DNA of 64,000 bases, from positions 66,774,001 to 66,838,000 of the forward strand of contig OX597816.1 in assembly GCA_951406725.2 (NCBI GenBank). The letters run 5' to 3'. Below are positions 12,715-26,352 of this stretch, one piece after another. Both the position numbers and the translations under genes were made by a program. This DNA is from Octopus vulgaris (taxonomy: Eukaryota). The notes beneath the pieces are model-generated. The model was given only the letters and a program-made list of their open reading frames with translations. It had not been told where the DNA came from and searched no databases. The stretch's first letter is position 1. The number at the start of each line of letters is the position of its first letter.

Positions 12715-13163
12715 CAAACTTGGTGACTGGTATCTGTTGCTAGCGGAGCGCTAAGAGTACCATACGAGTGAGATCATTGCCAGAGCAACAAGCTGGCCTT
12801 CGTGCCGATGGCACGTACTAAGCACACCATTCAAGTGTGATTGTTACTGCATCGCCTTACTAGCACTTGTGCTGGTGGCATGGGAAACATTCAAGCGAGG
12901 TCGTCGCCAGTGCCGCTGGACTGGCTCCTGTGCAGGTGGCACATAAAAAGCACAATTTGGGCATGGCCATTGCCAGTACCACCAAACTGGCCCTCGTGCC
13001 GGTGGCACATAAATGCACCCACTACACTCTCGGAGTGGTTGGCGTTAGGAAGAGGATCCAGCTGTAGAAACTCTGCCAGATCAGATTGGAGTCTGGTTCG
13101 CCAGACCTGTCTAAATCGTCCAACCCAAGCTAGCATGGAAAGCGGACGTTAAATGATGATGAT
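12715..13163 (+). mobile_element. RTE LINE 3' UTR fragment
   Basis: VNTR units, GAGTGGTTGGCGTTAGGAAG segment and (GAT)n tail. Confidence 0.8.
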
Positions 13164-13452
13164 ATTCTGTATATTCTGCATGTATCCTAGTCTTAAAATG
13201 GGAATAGTGTATATCTGCGTCTCATGGAAACTGACTAAGAGGGTTGGCACCAGGCTCCAAAAAAGGGAACACTGTCTCTTAAAGAGGGAACCAGAGTGAG
13301 TATGATTAATGCCATGGGGCCCAGTGTTTTATCAGGGAAAATGACTCAGCAACATTTGCTGTTTATTAACTCAATCATTACAGATGGACAATATTTCGAC
13401 ATTTACTTTTACATTCACAACATTACAACCAATTTGGTCTCTGATTGTCATT

Positions 13453-13850
13453 AGGCATAGGAGTGGTTGTGTGGTAAGTACCTTGCTTACCAACCACATG
13501 GTTCCGGGTTCAGTCCTACTGCGTGGCACCTTGGGCGTCTTCTACTATAGCCTCGGGCCAACCAAAGCCTTGTGAGTGGATTTGGTCGACGGAAACTGAA
13601 AGAAACCCGTCGTATATATGTGTATATATATATATATGTATGTATGTGTGTTTGTGTTTGTTCCCCCAACATCGCTTGACAACCGATGCTGGGTGTGTTT
13701 ACATCCCTGTAACTTAGCGGTTCGGCAAAAGAGACCAATAGAATATGTACTAGGCTTACAAAGAATAAGTCCAAGGGTTGATTTGCTCGACCAAAGGTGG
13801 TGCTCCAGCATGGCCGCAGTCAAATGACTGAAACCAGTAAAAGAGTAAAA
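13453..13850 (+). mobile_element. SINE family A, near full length
   Basis: Complete head-to-tail match ending GTAAAAGAGTAAAA. Confidence 0.88.
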
Positions 13851-14957
13851 GCTGTCTTAGTCCTGAATGTGTACAAAAGCCTTTTCTCAATTCAAACCTG
13901 AAAATATAACTTCTATGTAACACAAATGTATATACTGAATCAAAAAATATATAAATTTAACTCTAAAAAGTACCTCTCATAGTTTATTAAATGAATAATT
14001 GTTTCAGTTTAGGCACAAGGCCAGCAATTTTGAGGAGATGAGTTTAAAAGAATAATTAAAAATTATTATTTATTCAAGAATGGCAGTAGTCAGGATTGGT
14101 GCAGTGCCAATCATTCAGGTTTTAATTAAGTCTCTTTATGTCTTGAATGTCTTATTAGAAAAACAGACAATATTTAGTGAGCATTCCTACCAGGGTCAGT
14201 AAGTACTTTGTATATTGTTCTCTCTTCATCTCATACAGAATGGTGGAGTTGATGACATTCAATTTGAACATCCATAGGTTGATGGAAGTAGGAAAAAAAT
14301 GTAAACAGGGAGAGAATTTCAGAAGGCCTCAGTGTGAAGGAAGGGAAACAAAGTGTTTGGTGTGAGGTAAGACACAGGGATCAAGGCAAGATGAGATGTT
14401 AAAGACAGCAGAAGTGATGTGCAACTTGTTTGATATCCAGAGGATCAGTTATCAACTAGTTATTGTAGATATTTCTATATTTAGTTTAGTCCAGCTATTC
14501 TCAAGGCTCAAAAGTCACAGGTAACATTCCCAAAAGATCTAGCCTCTATTCTTGTAGATGAGGTGAGGTAGTAAGTATTCTAGTCTGAACAAATTAAATG
14601 CTTGCAACAGATTTGACTTATGAGTATGCAGTTAAATATGTTATCCACTCAGCCATTCCATCTCTACGTTTTATAGGTTTTATTGAAGTAAATGTGTTTC
14701 TTTCACTGAACATGTTCAACAGAGCAAAGAAAACAATTCAAATATCATAAGTATTTATAAAGTGAAACAATCAACACCTAGGGAGTTGTGTGAGAATTCC
14801 TCAATAAACACTCTAAACCTACTGAAAATGCTTTGGTACAAACCTTAAACAGCCTAGCTGTTTGGTTTGGGCACCTGTCATTTACACACACACACAAATA
14901 AAACTTGAGTACATATTAGAAAATGACAATTGTATGAATCTTTTTAGTATCTTTTCT

Positions 14958-15166
14958 TCATCATCAGCGTTTAACGCCCACTTTCCATGCTAGCATGGGT
15001 TGGATGTATGACTGAGGGCTGATGAACCAGATGGCTGCACCAGGCTTCAATCTTGATCTGGCAGAGTTTCTACAGCTGGATGCCCTTCCTAACGCCAACC
15101 ACTCCGAGAGTGTAGTGGGTGCTTTTACATGCCACCGGCACGGGGCCAGTCAGGCGGCACTGGCAC
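14958..15166 (-). mobile_element. RTE LINE 3' end fragment
   Basis: Same terminal sequence as 62640-62811. Confidence 0.8.
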
Positions 15167-15994
15167 TTGTTGATATAATATATAAATCATATCTCCTTTA
15201 AAAGGATATGTGTATTATCAACATCCACGAGCAAGTAAGACAGCTACTAAGTACTTCATTAAAATAGAAAGGACCACTTTGCCAATGCAACTATAACAGT
15301 TTCTATTTTTGAACTAAAAAGCTTCTGCCCATGCCCAAGTGGTACATCTATTTGTCATCCCTGCTGTACCTCATTCTCAATCAAATCATGCACTTCACTA
15401 AAGGTAGTGAAATTCAAGGATCTATGGCTACTTAATTCTTACATTCTTGTAGTGCGATCTCTTGATAACTCTTCCAGTCCAATTAGAAATGAAAGATTCT
15501 GATGAAATGCAGTAAGTCCAATATAAAAATCATAGAAATATAAGTATAGCATGAAGCTAGTTGATATGATAATGATTGTTGGTATACACATTATGAATAT
15601 AGTTTTTACGCATTGTTATTTTTATCTGTCATCATGTCACAGTCAGGTAAGTTGAATACAGGTAGGTTAATTACATGTAGGTGTTTTCATATATAATTAC
15701 AAGATATTAATTCCTGAGCGTTGATTTTCTCTCTCAGAATTAAATTTGTTTCAGTTAGTCTCTGTCACTCAGCAGCTGTACAACTATCATGAGTAAAAGC
15801 AGTCTGAGATTTGCTTTCATCTTATCCACTGATGTAATGAAGGTGGTGTTGGCCTGCTGATGTGCATGCTTTGTAGTTTCATCATTCATCCTGACAAATA
15901 TTTCTTTCGGACGAAAAAAAAATACTCAACGGGCTGTTTCTAAGTTCAAAGTATATTTATGATGTTACTGTTATTTATTTAAAACAAATGTTTT

Positions 15995-16130
15995 AAAACT
16001 AAAAAAGCACTCAGAGAGCACAAACCTCTGCCAAGCAGCTCATTTCCACCCATATAAACACATGCTGAAAATTGCCCAATTTCCCAAACCAACGTCAGCA
16101 AAAACATAACCTCTTTGGCGGGGGGTAAAA
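15995..16130 (-). mobile_element. Non-autonomous Helentron/DINE-1-like element
   Basis: Minus strand TTTTTACCCCCCGCCAAAGAGGTTATGTTTT ... CTTGGCAGAGGTTTGTGCTCTCTGAGTGCTTTTTTAGTTTT: subterminal inverted repeats, 3' hairpin, T-rich ends. Confidence 0.65.
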
Positions 16131-16353
16131 AAAAAAATAACCCTAACCTTACCAAACTAAACCTACCTACCTTGGGCAAGTGCCTTCTACTACAGCCTTG
16201 GGCAGACCAAAGTCTTGTGAGAGGCTTGAAAACTTGCTTGAATAATCAAAAATTCAGATGACTGATGTTTGAACAACTGAGGTTTGGTCGTATTAAGTCT
16301 TCTTTTTATTCATATACATTCATAAAACTTATACAATCATACCCTCAATTTAC

Positions 16354-16974
16354 TCTTCTATAATATAAATTGGACACAGGCAATCATTGTATTCTTTCTT
16401 GTCTTGAGGTTCACAGCCAAATGGCTGGGTAGATTTGTGTGAAAAATGGCACAAATGTGAAAATGGATGCATAGATTGGAATGTGGTTTGTATTTTTTTC
16501 CTAGCTCCCATAGTTACCGAGAAATTTGATTAAAACTTTTGTAAAGCAATTTCCCTGTTTATTCCGCTATTAAAACAACCAGTTGCTCACACAGCAGGGG
16601 CATGCACACACACTCACACATGTCCATTTCATATATCTTCTTTCAATTTGTGCTCTGCAAATAAAATTTTTTATGGATACAACTGCTTACAAAGATAGGG
16701 ATTAATTTATAATTTCTTTCTATGTTCATAATTAAATCAATGTTTTAATGATTAGACAGAAGTCCAATAGAATAGCTCTCAGAAACAGACTACGTACAAA
16801 TTTGTTCTTCACAACTCCGGAAGCTGTTTTCTGACATGGTTGGGGGAGTCAGGAAATTTTCATTCATCAGGAGGCTCCAATCGAAATGGACCCGAAATGA
16901 TGTTGAGAAACGCTGTTATAGATTATGCCTAACCGAAAACGATCACAGCCACATCATCCAGGCTTAGCTGCTAG
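16354..16974 (+). mobile_element. Old non-autonomous Helitron
   Basis: 5' TC..TATAATATAAA; 3' decayed hairpin followed by GCTGCTAG. Confidence 0.5.
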
Positions 16975-17295
16975 TCTCTATATATAAACGGCAAAATGTC
17001 TGTGTCCTTTATACAAATCCACAATTTTTCAGTTAGAGGGCTTGCACTTTCTATGGTCATTCAAAAACCGTCCAAGGGTGGTTGTGCACATCTTTACATT
17101 TCCCCAGTCACCCTGCAAAGCCATTAAAAAAATCAATAGAAGTGACTTTTTTGTGAATTTTCTATCCAAAACCCAATCAAAATTTCCGAAACTTGATACG
17201 CCAATTGAATGCCAGCTAGCTGTATGTGCGCACGCACACAGCTGTATATGTATGCACTAGCACTATGACCCGGCAACGCCGGGTCATAGTGCTAG
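16975..17295 (+). mobile_element. Non-autonomous Helitron
   Basis: 5' TCTCTATATATAAA; 3' CCCGGC-AAC-GCCGGG hairpin then CTAG|T. Confidence 0.78.
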
Positions 17296-17775
17296 TTATA
17301 TATAAAATGCATGCATACACACAGAATTAAGCATTTGGTAAAAGTGATGAGTGAATAACCCTACTGGATAGTTGGACTCAGAAGTGTGATAGAGCGATGT
17401 GAAAGGGTGAAGATCATATAATAGAACACTACCGTATAATAATTTCTTAGTAAAGAACTTAAACTATTCAAATTATTATTTTTCAGAACAGAGTCATGTT
17501 AACTGTGAAATATGGTTTCCAATTCATCCATGCTGTTTTGTTGTTTGAGAAAACATCCATTGATAGTGAATGAATAGCATTTGCTAGTCTTTCTTTATTT
17601 TTAGCAGGCATACACATATATACAAATATTATACACTCTTCAGGTGAGCACATAAAAAATAATAAAACTGAGGAAAAACGTAGCATTATAAAAACTGTAG
17701 ATGCTGAAAGAGCTTTCAATCTGTAGACAACAAATGAACGAACAATTCACAGTAATATAAATAATAATAATGATA

Positions 17776-17989
17776 ATCCTTTCTACTATAGGCACAAGGC
17801 CTGAAATTTTGGGGGAGGGTGCTAGTTGATTACATCAACCTCAGTGTGTAACCTGTACTTATTTCATCAACCCCAAAAGGATGAAAGGCAGAGTCAACCT
17901 TGATAGAATTTGAACTCAGAACGTAAAGACAGACAGAATGCTGCTAAGCATTTTACCCAGATGGCTAACAATTCTGCAAGCTTGCCACC

Positions 17990-17991
<2 letters not shown>
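17776..17991 (-). mobile_element. SINE family C variant within (TAA)n
   Basis: AAAGGATGAAAGGC..GAATTTGAACTCAGAACG. Confidence 0.7.
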
Positions 17992-18033
<42 letters not shown>

Positions 18034-18584
18034 CCTTTCTGCTAGAAGCACAAGGCCTCATATTTGGGGGAAGGGATTAAGTCGATTACATTAAAGCTGA
18101 GAACATTTTTTGCAACTTGCATTTCATGCCCCTGTGATCTTCAGGTAAAAGAGTGTCTATATGTCTTGACATCACATGATTGTTTTACATGAGTGTCACT
18201 GTCATACAAGCTGTATCATTCATTTCCAATATTTTACAAAAAAATGTCTGGCCATGGGGGAAATGCTACCTTACTTTTGGTAACAGGAAGGGCATTCAGC
18301 CATAGAAAATTTGCATCAATAAATTCTATCCAACCCATGCAAACACAGGACAAGTGGATGTTAAATTGATGACAATGAAGCAAATGTACTGAACTCAACT
18401 TTAATTTTTATACTTCAGGACAGGATGAAAATAAATACCAGCTGCATATTGAGGTTTTGAGTATTACATTAACACACACACTTCAACAATATATTTTAAA
18501 GTTAGAAAACATTAGTTTATCCTGCCAAGATCAACTCTGCCTTTCATCTTTCCAAGTGGTAAGGAGGAATAAAATGAAATACCT

Positions 18585-18814
18585 ATTTCTTTATTACCCA
18601 CAAGGGGCTAAACACAGAGGGGACAAACAAGGACAGACATAGGTATTAAGTCGATTACATCGACCCCAGTGCGTAACTGGTACTTAATTTAACGACCCCG
18701 AAAGGATGAAAGGCAAAGTCGACCTCGGCGGAATTTAAACTCACAACGTAACACAGACGAAATACCGCTAAGCATTTCGCCCGGTGTGCTAACGTTTCTG
18801 CCAGCTCACCGCCT
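18585..18814 (-). mobile_element. SINE family C, young copy
   Basis: CpG-intact; TSD AAAATGAAATACC. Confidence 0.85.
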
Positions 18815-18997
18815 TAGAAAATGAAATACCAGCTGCAATCTGGGGTTAACATTGAAGATACACACACTACTCCTTGAAAATGTGTTTTGAAATTAGAAAA
18901 CATTATCCTATCAATATCAATTCAGCACTTCGTTCTTCCAGGAGGGTTGATCAATAAAACAGAGTACCAGCTAAGTACTTGAAATAATTCGACTATA

Positions 18998-19360
18998 GGC
19001 TGTGTGGTAAGTAGCTTGCTTACGAACCGCATGGTTCCGGGTTCAGTCCCACTGCGTGGCACCATGGGCAAGTGTCTTCTACTATAGCCTCGGGCCGACC
19101 AAAGCCTTGTGAGTGGATTTGGTAGACAGGAACTGAAAGAAGCCTGTCGTATATATGTATATGTGTCTGTGTTTGTCCCACCAACATCGCTTGATAACTG
19201 ATGCTGGTGTGTTTATGTCCCCGTAACTTAGTGGTTCGGCAAAAGGGACCGATAGAATAAGTACTAGGCTTACAAAGAATAAGTCCTGGGGTCGATTTGC
19301 TCGACTAAAGGCGGTGCTCCAGTATGGCCACAGTCAAATGACTGAAACAAGTAAAAGAGT
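18998..19360 (+). mobile_element. SINE family A
   Basis: Near-consensus copy. Confidence 0.88.
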
Positions 19361-19891
19361 CTGCACTTCTCCACTAAATTTGCACCAATGCTAGCAAACA
19401 GCATTATTATATTATTAGAAGGCCAGAGAGGCAGTGAGCTTTCAGAAACATCAGTATACCAAGACAATATGCTCAGAAGTAATTCTCCCAGAATGTTTAC
19501 ACTATGAGTTCAAATTCTGCTTCATACCCTTTTGAGGATGGCAAAATAAGTACCAGTCAAGTAATGGGGTCAATGTAATTAACCAGCCCACCCCTTCTCC
19601 TCCCCCAAAATTTCAGACTTCATGCTTATAGTAGAAAGAATCATTAGAAGAAAAGTGGATGGCAGAGTTGGATTGGTGGAATGCCACGTGGTCTTTAGTC
19701 ATGGCTCATGTCGACATAAATCACCAGTGGAAACAATAAAATAGATGTTGTTGAGATACTGGGGTAATTAAATTAATCACAACCCATCTCCTCACCAAAA
19801 TTTCTGTCCCTGGGTCTCAGCTGTAATTATTATAATATCTAGAGCATAAATAGTACTGTTCAGGGTAAATATCTTGCAGTACAAACATGGT

Positions 19892-20421
19892 GTCTGGGGA
19901 ACGTGAAGGCCAGTTGACATTGCCATGGTGGAAGATTATTCTCTCTCCAAAGCACTGCCATAGCAACTGCATTGTTTCTCTTGCAGTATGAACAGTTGCC
20001 CCATCTTCTTGGAACCATGTGTGAGGTCTAATTTGAATGGCTTTCATGTTCCCCAGACTTGACTAGCCTGGATTTTTTCTTGTGGGATACCCGAAAGAGA
20101 GAGTGTATGTCAACAAATTGGAGACCCTGGTGCATCTGAAGGAGAACATCAATAGAGAAATCAGAGAAGTTGGGTCTGAAACTCTTGAGGGTGTTATGGT
20201 GCTGCACATTTTGGAAAAAGCACGGGCATGCCAAACCAAAAATGGCTGCCATTTTAGTGATGTCATTTTCCATATGTGATGTAGTGGTATTGCAAAATTT
20301 GACGTGTGTATATTAATTTCCATTATGTCCGTTATATTGTATCAAAATTTCATGCATTTATTTGTAAAGTTAAGGAGGTTATTGGGAATTAAAACCCATC
20401 AGTGACTTTTGAGACACCCTA
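19892..20421. mobile_element. Tc1/mariner transposase 3' remnant with internal inversion
   Basis: Minus strand WFQEDGATVHTA..NWPSRSPD; plus strand SPDLTSLDFFLWGY..; TIR-like end GACTTTTGAGACACCCT-ATA. Confidence 0.75.
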
Positions 20422-20869
20422 TAGTTACATTCTTTTATATTCTGAGCTCAAATTCCACAAAGGTCTGTTTTGCAATTCATAATTCCAAGGTTGATAAATG
20501 TGACAGATTTTTTTGGTGGTTTCAACGATGAACATTCAGTTGTTCAATCATTTCAACTGTATACTCATTATATTTACAAGTGGCAGAGTATTCCACAGAC
20601 ACATGCACCATTAACATGATTCTCAGGTCGAATGGCAGATATAATGTGATCACAACAGGACTGAACTCAAAACCTAATAATTGTGAAATGAACGTCTTAA
20701 CTACTCAGTCATTTTTACATTCACTGATGAAAGAAAAGTAACAGTTAAATATTGATAAAGGTATTGAATGCTTATCTTCAACATAGCCAAAATGCATTAT
20801 GAAAACTATCATCTTTAGAACCAGAAAATACTTCAGTCCCACAATTACTAAATCTTTAAAAAGCTGAGC

Positions 20870-21330
20870 TGATGCCCACAGTGGAATGCCACTCCTATAT
20901 CTGGGACAATACTGTTGCTATGCACACAGGTATCCAAGACTTTATCAAAAGGCACCTGATTAGCACATAACTGTTCAGCATTATACTCCAACTACCAACC
21001 TACGGTCATATTGTCTCCTCTTTCTGCCTTTTCTACAGCTTCTACAATAGCATCTTCATGGAGTTGGCTAGTCTCAAGCCATCTCCACTTCAGCACCTCC
21101 AGATTCACTCTTCTATCCTCCTCTAATTACCGATCTTTCAGGTCCTACACTAACAACAATGTTCAGTTTCTTCTCTTCTTCCTCTTTGGAATTCCATCTC
21201 TGCCCATGACTTTCGTGCAATCTTCAAAAAGAACATCAACTACGTTGATCTCATCAGTTTCAAAACCCCATTTCTTCCAGACCAACCCATTAGTATTTAA
21301 GTTGACCAGATCCAGCCTCTCACACATCCT
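20870..21330 (+). mobile_element. Degraded CR1-group LINE 3' fragment
   Basis: Frameshifted remnants resembling HIW..IQ..LI..L.LFY..WN.LP..F. Confidence 0.45.
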
Positions 21331-21509
21331 ACACTGTCATTCTAAAAAGAAACAATCAAAATCTCAAAGCTGCAAGATAATGCAGGATTAATTCAAAACA
21401 ATGTGAATAAATAAGCATTGCATTAGATTGAGCAGTCTGAATGCTTGATAAATAAAGAAATCTTTTCATTATGATGATATTTTTTTTAATGACTATAATG
21501 TAATGAGGT

Positions 21510-21755
21510 GGAGGCGTCTGGCTTAGTGGTTAGAGCGTTAGCATCATGATCGTAAGATTGTGGTTTCGATTCCCGGACCGGGCGACGCATTGTGTTCTTG
21601 AGTAAAACACTTCATTTCACGTTGCTCCAGTCCGCTCAGCTGGCAAAAATGAGTAACGCTGCGATGGACTGGCGTCCCGTCCAGCTGGGGAACACATATG
21701 CCATTGAAACTGGGAAATTGGGCCTATGAGCCTGGTTAGGCTTTAAAAGGGCGCA
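21510..21755 (+). mobile_element. SINE with a distinct tRNA head and the family-B V-like tail
   Basis: GCTGCGATGGACTGGCGTCCCGTCCAG; TSD TATAATGTAAT. Confidence 0.8.
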
Positions 21756-22029
21756 TTTATTATTATTATAATGTAATAAATGATAGAATGAAGAGAGCAC
21801 CAAACAATATGCATTGCAGTATTTAGACAAGTTATTTTCGATTCTGTAATCAAATCTCTCTATAAAGCTGGCTTTACATTTGGTCCTACCTCTATGGTGA
21901 ATAAAACAAGTGTCACACATGTACGGAAGTCAGTTGGCAAAAACAGCATATAAAATGTTTAGTTATTTCCCTTTAGAGGCTGAATAGAAATCTACTACCA
22001 ATGATTGAATAAGTTCCATGTAAAATATT

Positions 22030-22313
22030 GTTGTTTGTTCCTTCTTGAGCCACGTGCGGATCATAGGGCCGGTTTCCCCACCTGGACGGGATGCCGGTCC
22101 ATCACAGGTGAGCTGCAAAATGCAGCAGGAAAGAGAGTAGGAGAAAGTTGTGGCGAAAGAGTCAGCAGAAGTTCGCCATTACCTTCTGCCAGAGCCGTGT
22201 GGAGCTTACGTGTTTCACTCATAAACACACACACATCGCCTGGTCTGAGATTCAAACCCGTGATCCCTCGACTGCGAGTCCGCTGCTCTAACCACTAGGC
22301 CATGTGCCTCCAC
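22030..22313 (-). mobile_element. SINE family B
   Basis: TSD CATGTAAAATATT. Confidence 0.85.
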
Positions 22314-22666
22314 ATGTAAAATATTAAGGTTAATTAAATTGATAATACCCTTTCATGAAAAGGTAAGTACTTAGTACTAAGTGTTGATAGTTGATAGAAA
22401 CACTAGAACATGCTTCAAAGAATTGGTTTTATCTATTGTGATCAGATTTTGCTGGAGTTACTTTTCTCACTCCAGAGAGTCTCAATGCAATATGTAATTG
22501 TGACCATACTGGAGTCAAGTGACTATACAAAATATTGACCTTCTACACCTGTACACATACAAAAAAAAAAAAAAGGAGAAAGAGCAGTATTTTTGCTGCT
22601 TGCACATACATTTGTATAGGTGCATATTGTACCATGGTTAGGTGCCAAGGTTGATAAAACAAATAC

Positions 22667-22958
22667 TTGTTTGTTCCTTTGAACCATGCCTGGCTCATAA
22701 GGGCCAGTTTCTTTGGTGTATAGGTTCCCCACCTGGACGGGACGCTGGTCAGTCACAGGTGAGCTGCAAGATGCAGAAGGAAAGAATGAGAGAAAGTTGT
22801 GGTGAAAGAGTCAGCAGAAGTTTGCCATAACCTTCTGCTGGAGTTGCGTGGAGCTTAGGTGTTTCACTCATAAACACACACATCGCTCAGTCTGAGATTC
22901 AAACCCATGATCCCTTGACTGCGAGTCCTCTGCTCTAACCACTAGGCCATGTGCCTCC
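22667..22958 (-). mobile_element. SINE family B
   Basis: Same subfamily as 22030; TSD AAAACAA(A/G)TACTT. Confidence 0.82.
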
Positions 22959-24246
22959 AAAAAACAAGTACTTAAATGATATCAATTCAGTTGACTATAT
23001 TATTCTTTTATAAATACTAAGTTACCTAGACTAGTAGTGAACAAGGTCAAATCTTTTGAATAATTTCAGTTTCAGATAGAAAAAATTATTTTACACTTCT
23101 AGGGAGGAAAAGTCTCAACACTTAATATTTAGTCCTTCCAAGACTAATATTTAGTCCTTTCAAAATCAGTTATCTCTATGTTGAATGCTGTAGAACAGTC
23201 TGTGATGTGCTTTTATTTTTCCTGAGAGTAGCCTCAAGACGGATAAACATCACAACTTCCTATTCTCTATCTCTTTAAAACTAACTTCAGAGTCGCATAG
23301 CAACAAATAATTACCAATGGATGGCTGTGAAAATGACAGTAGTCAAGAGCTGGTAGACATAAATTTGTTATTTAACTAAAATTTAGTCAAAATTATTAAT
23401 ACCAGTAATAAATGATGGTCGTCCCATCAAGCAATTGAAAAACACTTTACGTCTATGATACATAGGATTAATATATGCTTAGTCAAAAGAAATTCTTGTA
23501 GCTGTTGAAGTTTTCTTTAACATTCAAAGTAGGCGGGAAAATGAAAAATATGTATAACAAATTCCTCAATATCTCCAGCACAGTGTGTGTGCGTGTGTAT
23601 GTGTGTGCGCGCGTGTGTGTTTTCTTGCAATCTGTAAACCTTCAAACTTTCACGTCATAGCAAAAGCGGTCATACCAGTTTTTAGTGAGTGTATCAATAC
23701 ACGGCTTCTGTATGCGTGTATAACTTGCATTTATATATATTTTTTTTCCCATTTTTTCATATGACCGTAGCAATTTCAGTACGTGTGTTTGGTTTGTGTA
23801 TATGTACACACATACACGCATCAATGTATGTGACAATTATGGGACGTACGTGTGTACATGCGTGCGAGTGAGTGTGCCTGTACATGCTATTGTTTTCTAA
23901 TTGCTGTAAGGGTTTGCAAGAAAGAGAGTGGGGGAAAATTGTTTATTTTATGATAGCCACACAGGAAACAACCGTGCAGTTGAAGGACGGCTGTTTCTAC
24001 AAGACCCAACAATCGACATTGAAAAATTCCGAACATACCAAAGTTTTCTAGAGGAAAAAAGAGCTGAAGGGAGGAGGAGTGAGAGAGATAATGTGGTTGG
24101 ACCAAAGAAGTAGTGCTGGGGCAAAAATTTATTTTTAGAAACTCTAAATGGTACATATATACATGTGCGGTGATCTGAATGTGATAAGTATATACACAAG
24201 TTCACACGCGCGCATGCATGTGTGTGTGAGTGTGTGTGTGTGAGTG

Positions 24247-24294
<48 letters not shown>

Positions 24295-24776
24295 TACATA
24301 CATACATACACCCGCACGCTCATATATACATAAAAATATGAAATTTTTATTCACAGATTTAATATTCCGATTATAATTCATACACACACACACTAAATCT
24401 GAATTGATCTGGACTCTTCAAAGACACCCAATGAACGATATATATGTTTCTATAAATTTATATGTCTGAAAGAATTCAAACCAGCTGTGGAAAAAATATG
24501 GCAAATTGCCATGTCATCAATATTAAATAACACCATTATTAACGTTAAATTTTCTTGGCTGTCTTTGAGTATAGCGTACCACTTTCACTTTCTCACATTT
24601 TAGCTAAGTCTATTCAAAGTTCGTCGTACCTTGATTTGCTAGGCAAAAGTTTATAAAAGATGAATTAGAATGTTGTATCGCTTATTTAGCTATTTATTTT
24701 TTTTGTAAGGACACTGATGAAGTAGACGATATGCCGATTCGTAGAAAAAAAACCCACCGTAATTTATAATAAACAT

Positions 24777-25217
24777 AGGCACAGGCGTGACATGTGGTAA
24801 GAAGTTTGCTTCCCAACAAGATGGTTCCTAGTTCAATCCCACTGCATGGAACCTTATGCAAGTGTCTACTACGAAAACTCCAGGCTTTATGAGTGGATTT
24901 GTTAAACAGAAATTGAAGGAAGACTATCGTGTGTGGGGGTGGGGGTGTGACTGACTGTCCCCCTCCACCGCTTGACAACCGGTGATGGTTTCTTTACGTC
25001 CCCGTAGCTTCGCGGTTTGGCAGCGGAGATAAAGAATACGTTACACCAGCCGTTTTCGGCGTAACAAAAACCCTAACCCTAAACACTTAGTGTGCGTATT
25101 CTTTACTTTCGCCGGTTCGGCAATCAAGGGACAGATAAAATAAATATCAGACGTAAGGAAAAATGGTGATGTTCCAGTATGGCCGCAATCTAATGACTGA
25201 AACAAATAAAAGACAAA
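24777..25217 (+). mobile_element. Old SINE family A copy (CpG-retaining)
   Basis: Diverged head, body and tail motifs. Confidence 0.6.
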
Positions 25218-26296
25218 GAGAAAAAGGCATTTCATCTTTCCTCGATGAAAAGGATCCAAGTCCTGTCCAAAAAGTGCCTCGCAGCAAATTAAATTTTCGT
25301 TTTTGAATAAGACAGTTGTGATATTTAAACGTTACCCCAAAAGTAAGCAATAACAAATTTTCTGAAATGGTTTGAAACTAAAATTTCAAAACTTTTTCTG
25401 AACTCCCATCTCGGTAACTCACGGCGTGCCAACACAAAACACTTTTCCAGACTTAAAAGCCAACAAGAGGCTCTTTATATAGTCATTCGACTGGCTAAAA
25501 ACAGCAGCTGGAATATTTCTCAAATTATATCTACTGTCTTACAATAAGTAAGTTATATATAAATAAATAAAACAACACGTTGGATAATGTCGGGATGGTT
25601 AAGGTTAGAAATATCTATATTATTCTTCCTCAATCAGAGTTGACTTGGGGCTAATTAACAAGCCATTAAGGGAGCCTCTAAATAGCGTGTTCGACGTGCT
25701 AGAACAAGCAGCTAAATCTTCCTCAATCTTTCAAAAAGGATTACTAGAAACATAATTGAGTGTGATAGGGAAAGAGAAAGGACGGGTGGGTCACTGCTAA
25801 AACAGCTTTGATCAAGAGGTCTGTTTGATTCAGGATGATCTGCAGCTCAACGAAAACACCTCATTATCCGAATCGAGGAGAGGGGCCTATTGATGGTCCG
25901 CTAGAAGACTAAACAGGGGCCAAACAATAACAACGATTACGAAATTTGTTCCCAAAACATTTTTGTTCCCCCCCCCCCCAGTAAATCATAAAATCGTTCG
26001 GAACCAAACCGGTAAATTTTATTATTAGTTTATTTAGTTGTTTGTAGCTGTGTCTCGCCTAAATTCGAGTTCGTGTATATTTTTAAAGAATGCTATGGAA
26101 ATGTGCCATTTAACGAAACAAAAGAAAAGAAAATATCAGTGGAAGTGGTGGTTAACGTACGGGTACTTTTTAAATGAACTGAATGAAGAAAGAAATATGT
26201 CAAGAATTTCCACAATAACACTAAGTGGATCAAGATTTCAAACCTTAAATTATGTAGTCTCAACTGTACACATTAAAGACGTTTGTTTACACACAT

Positions 26297-26352
<56 letters not shown>

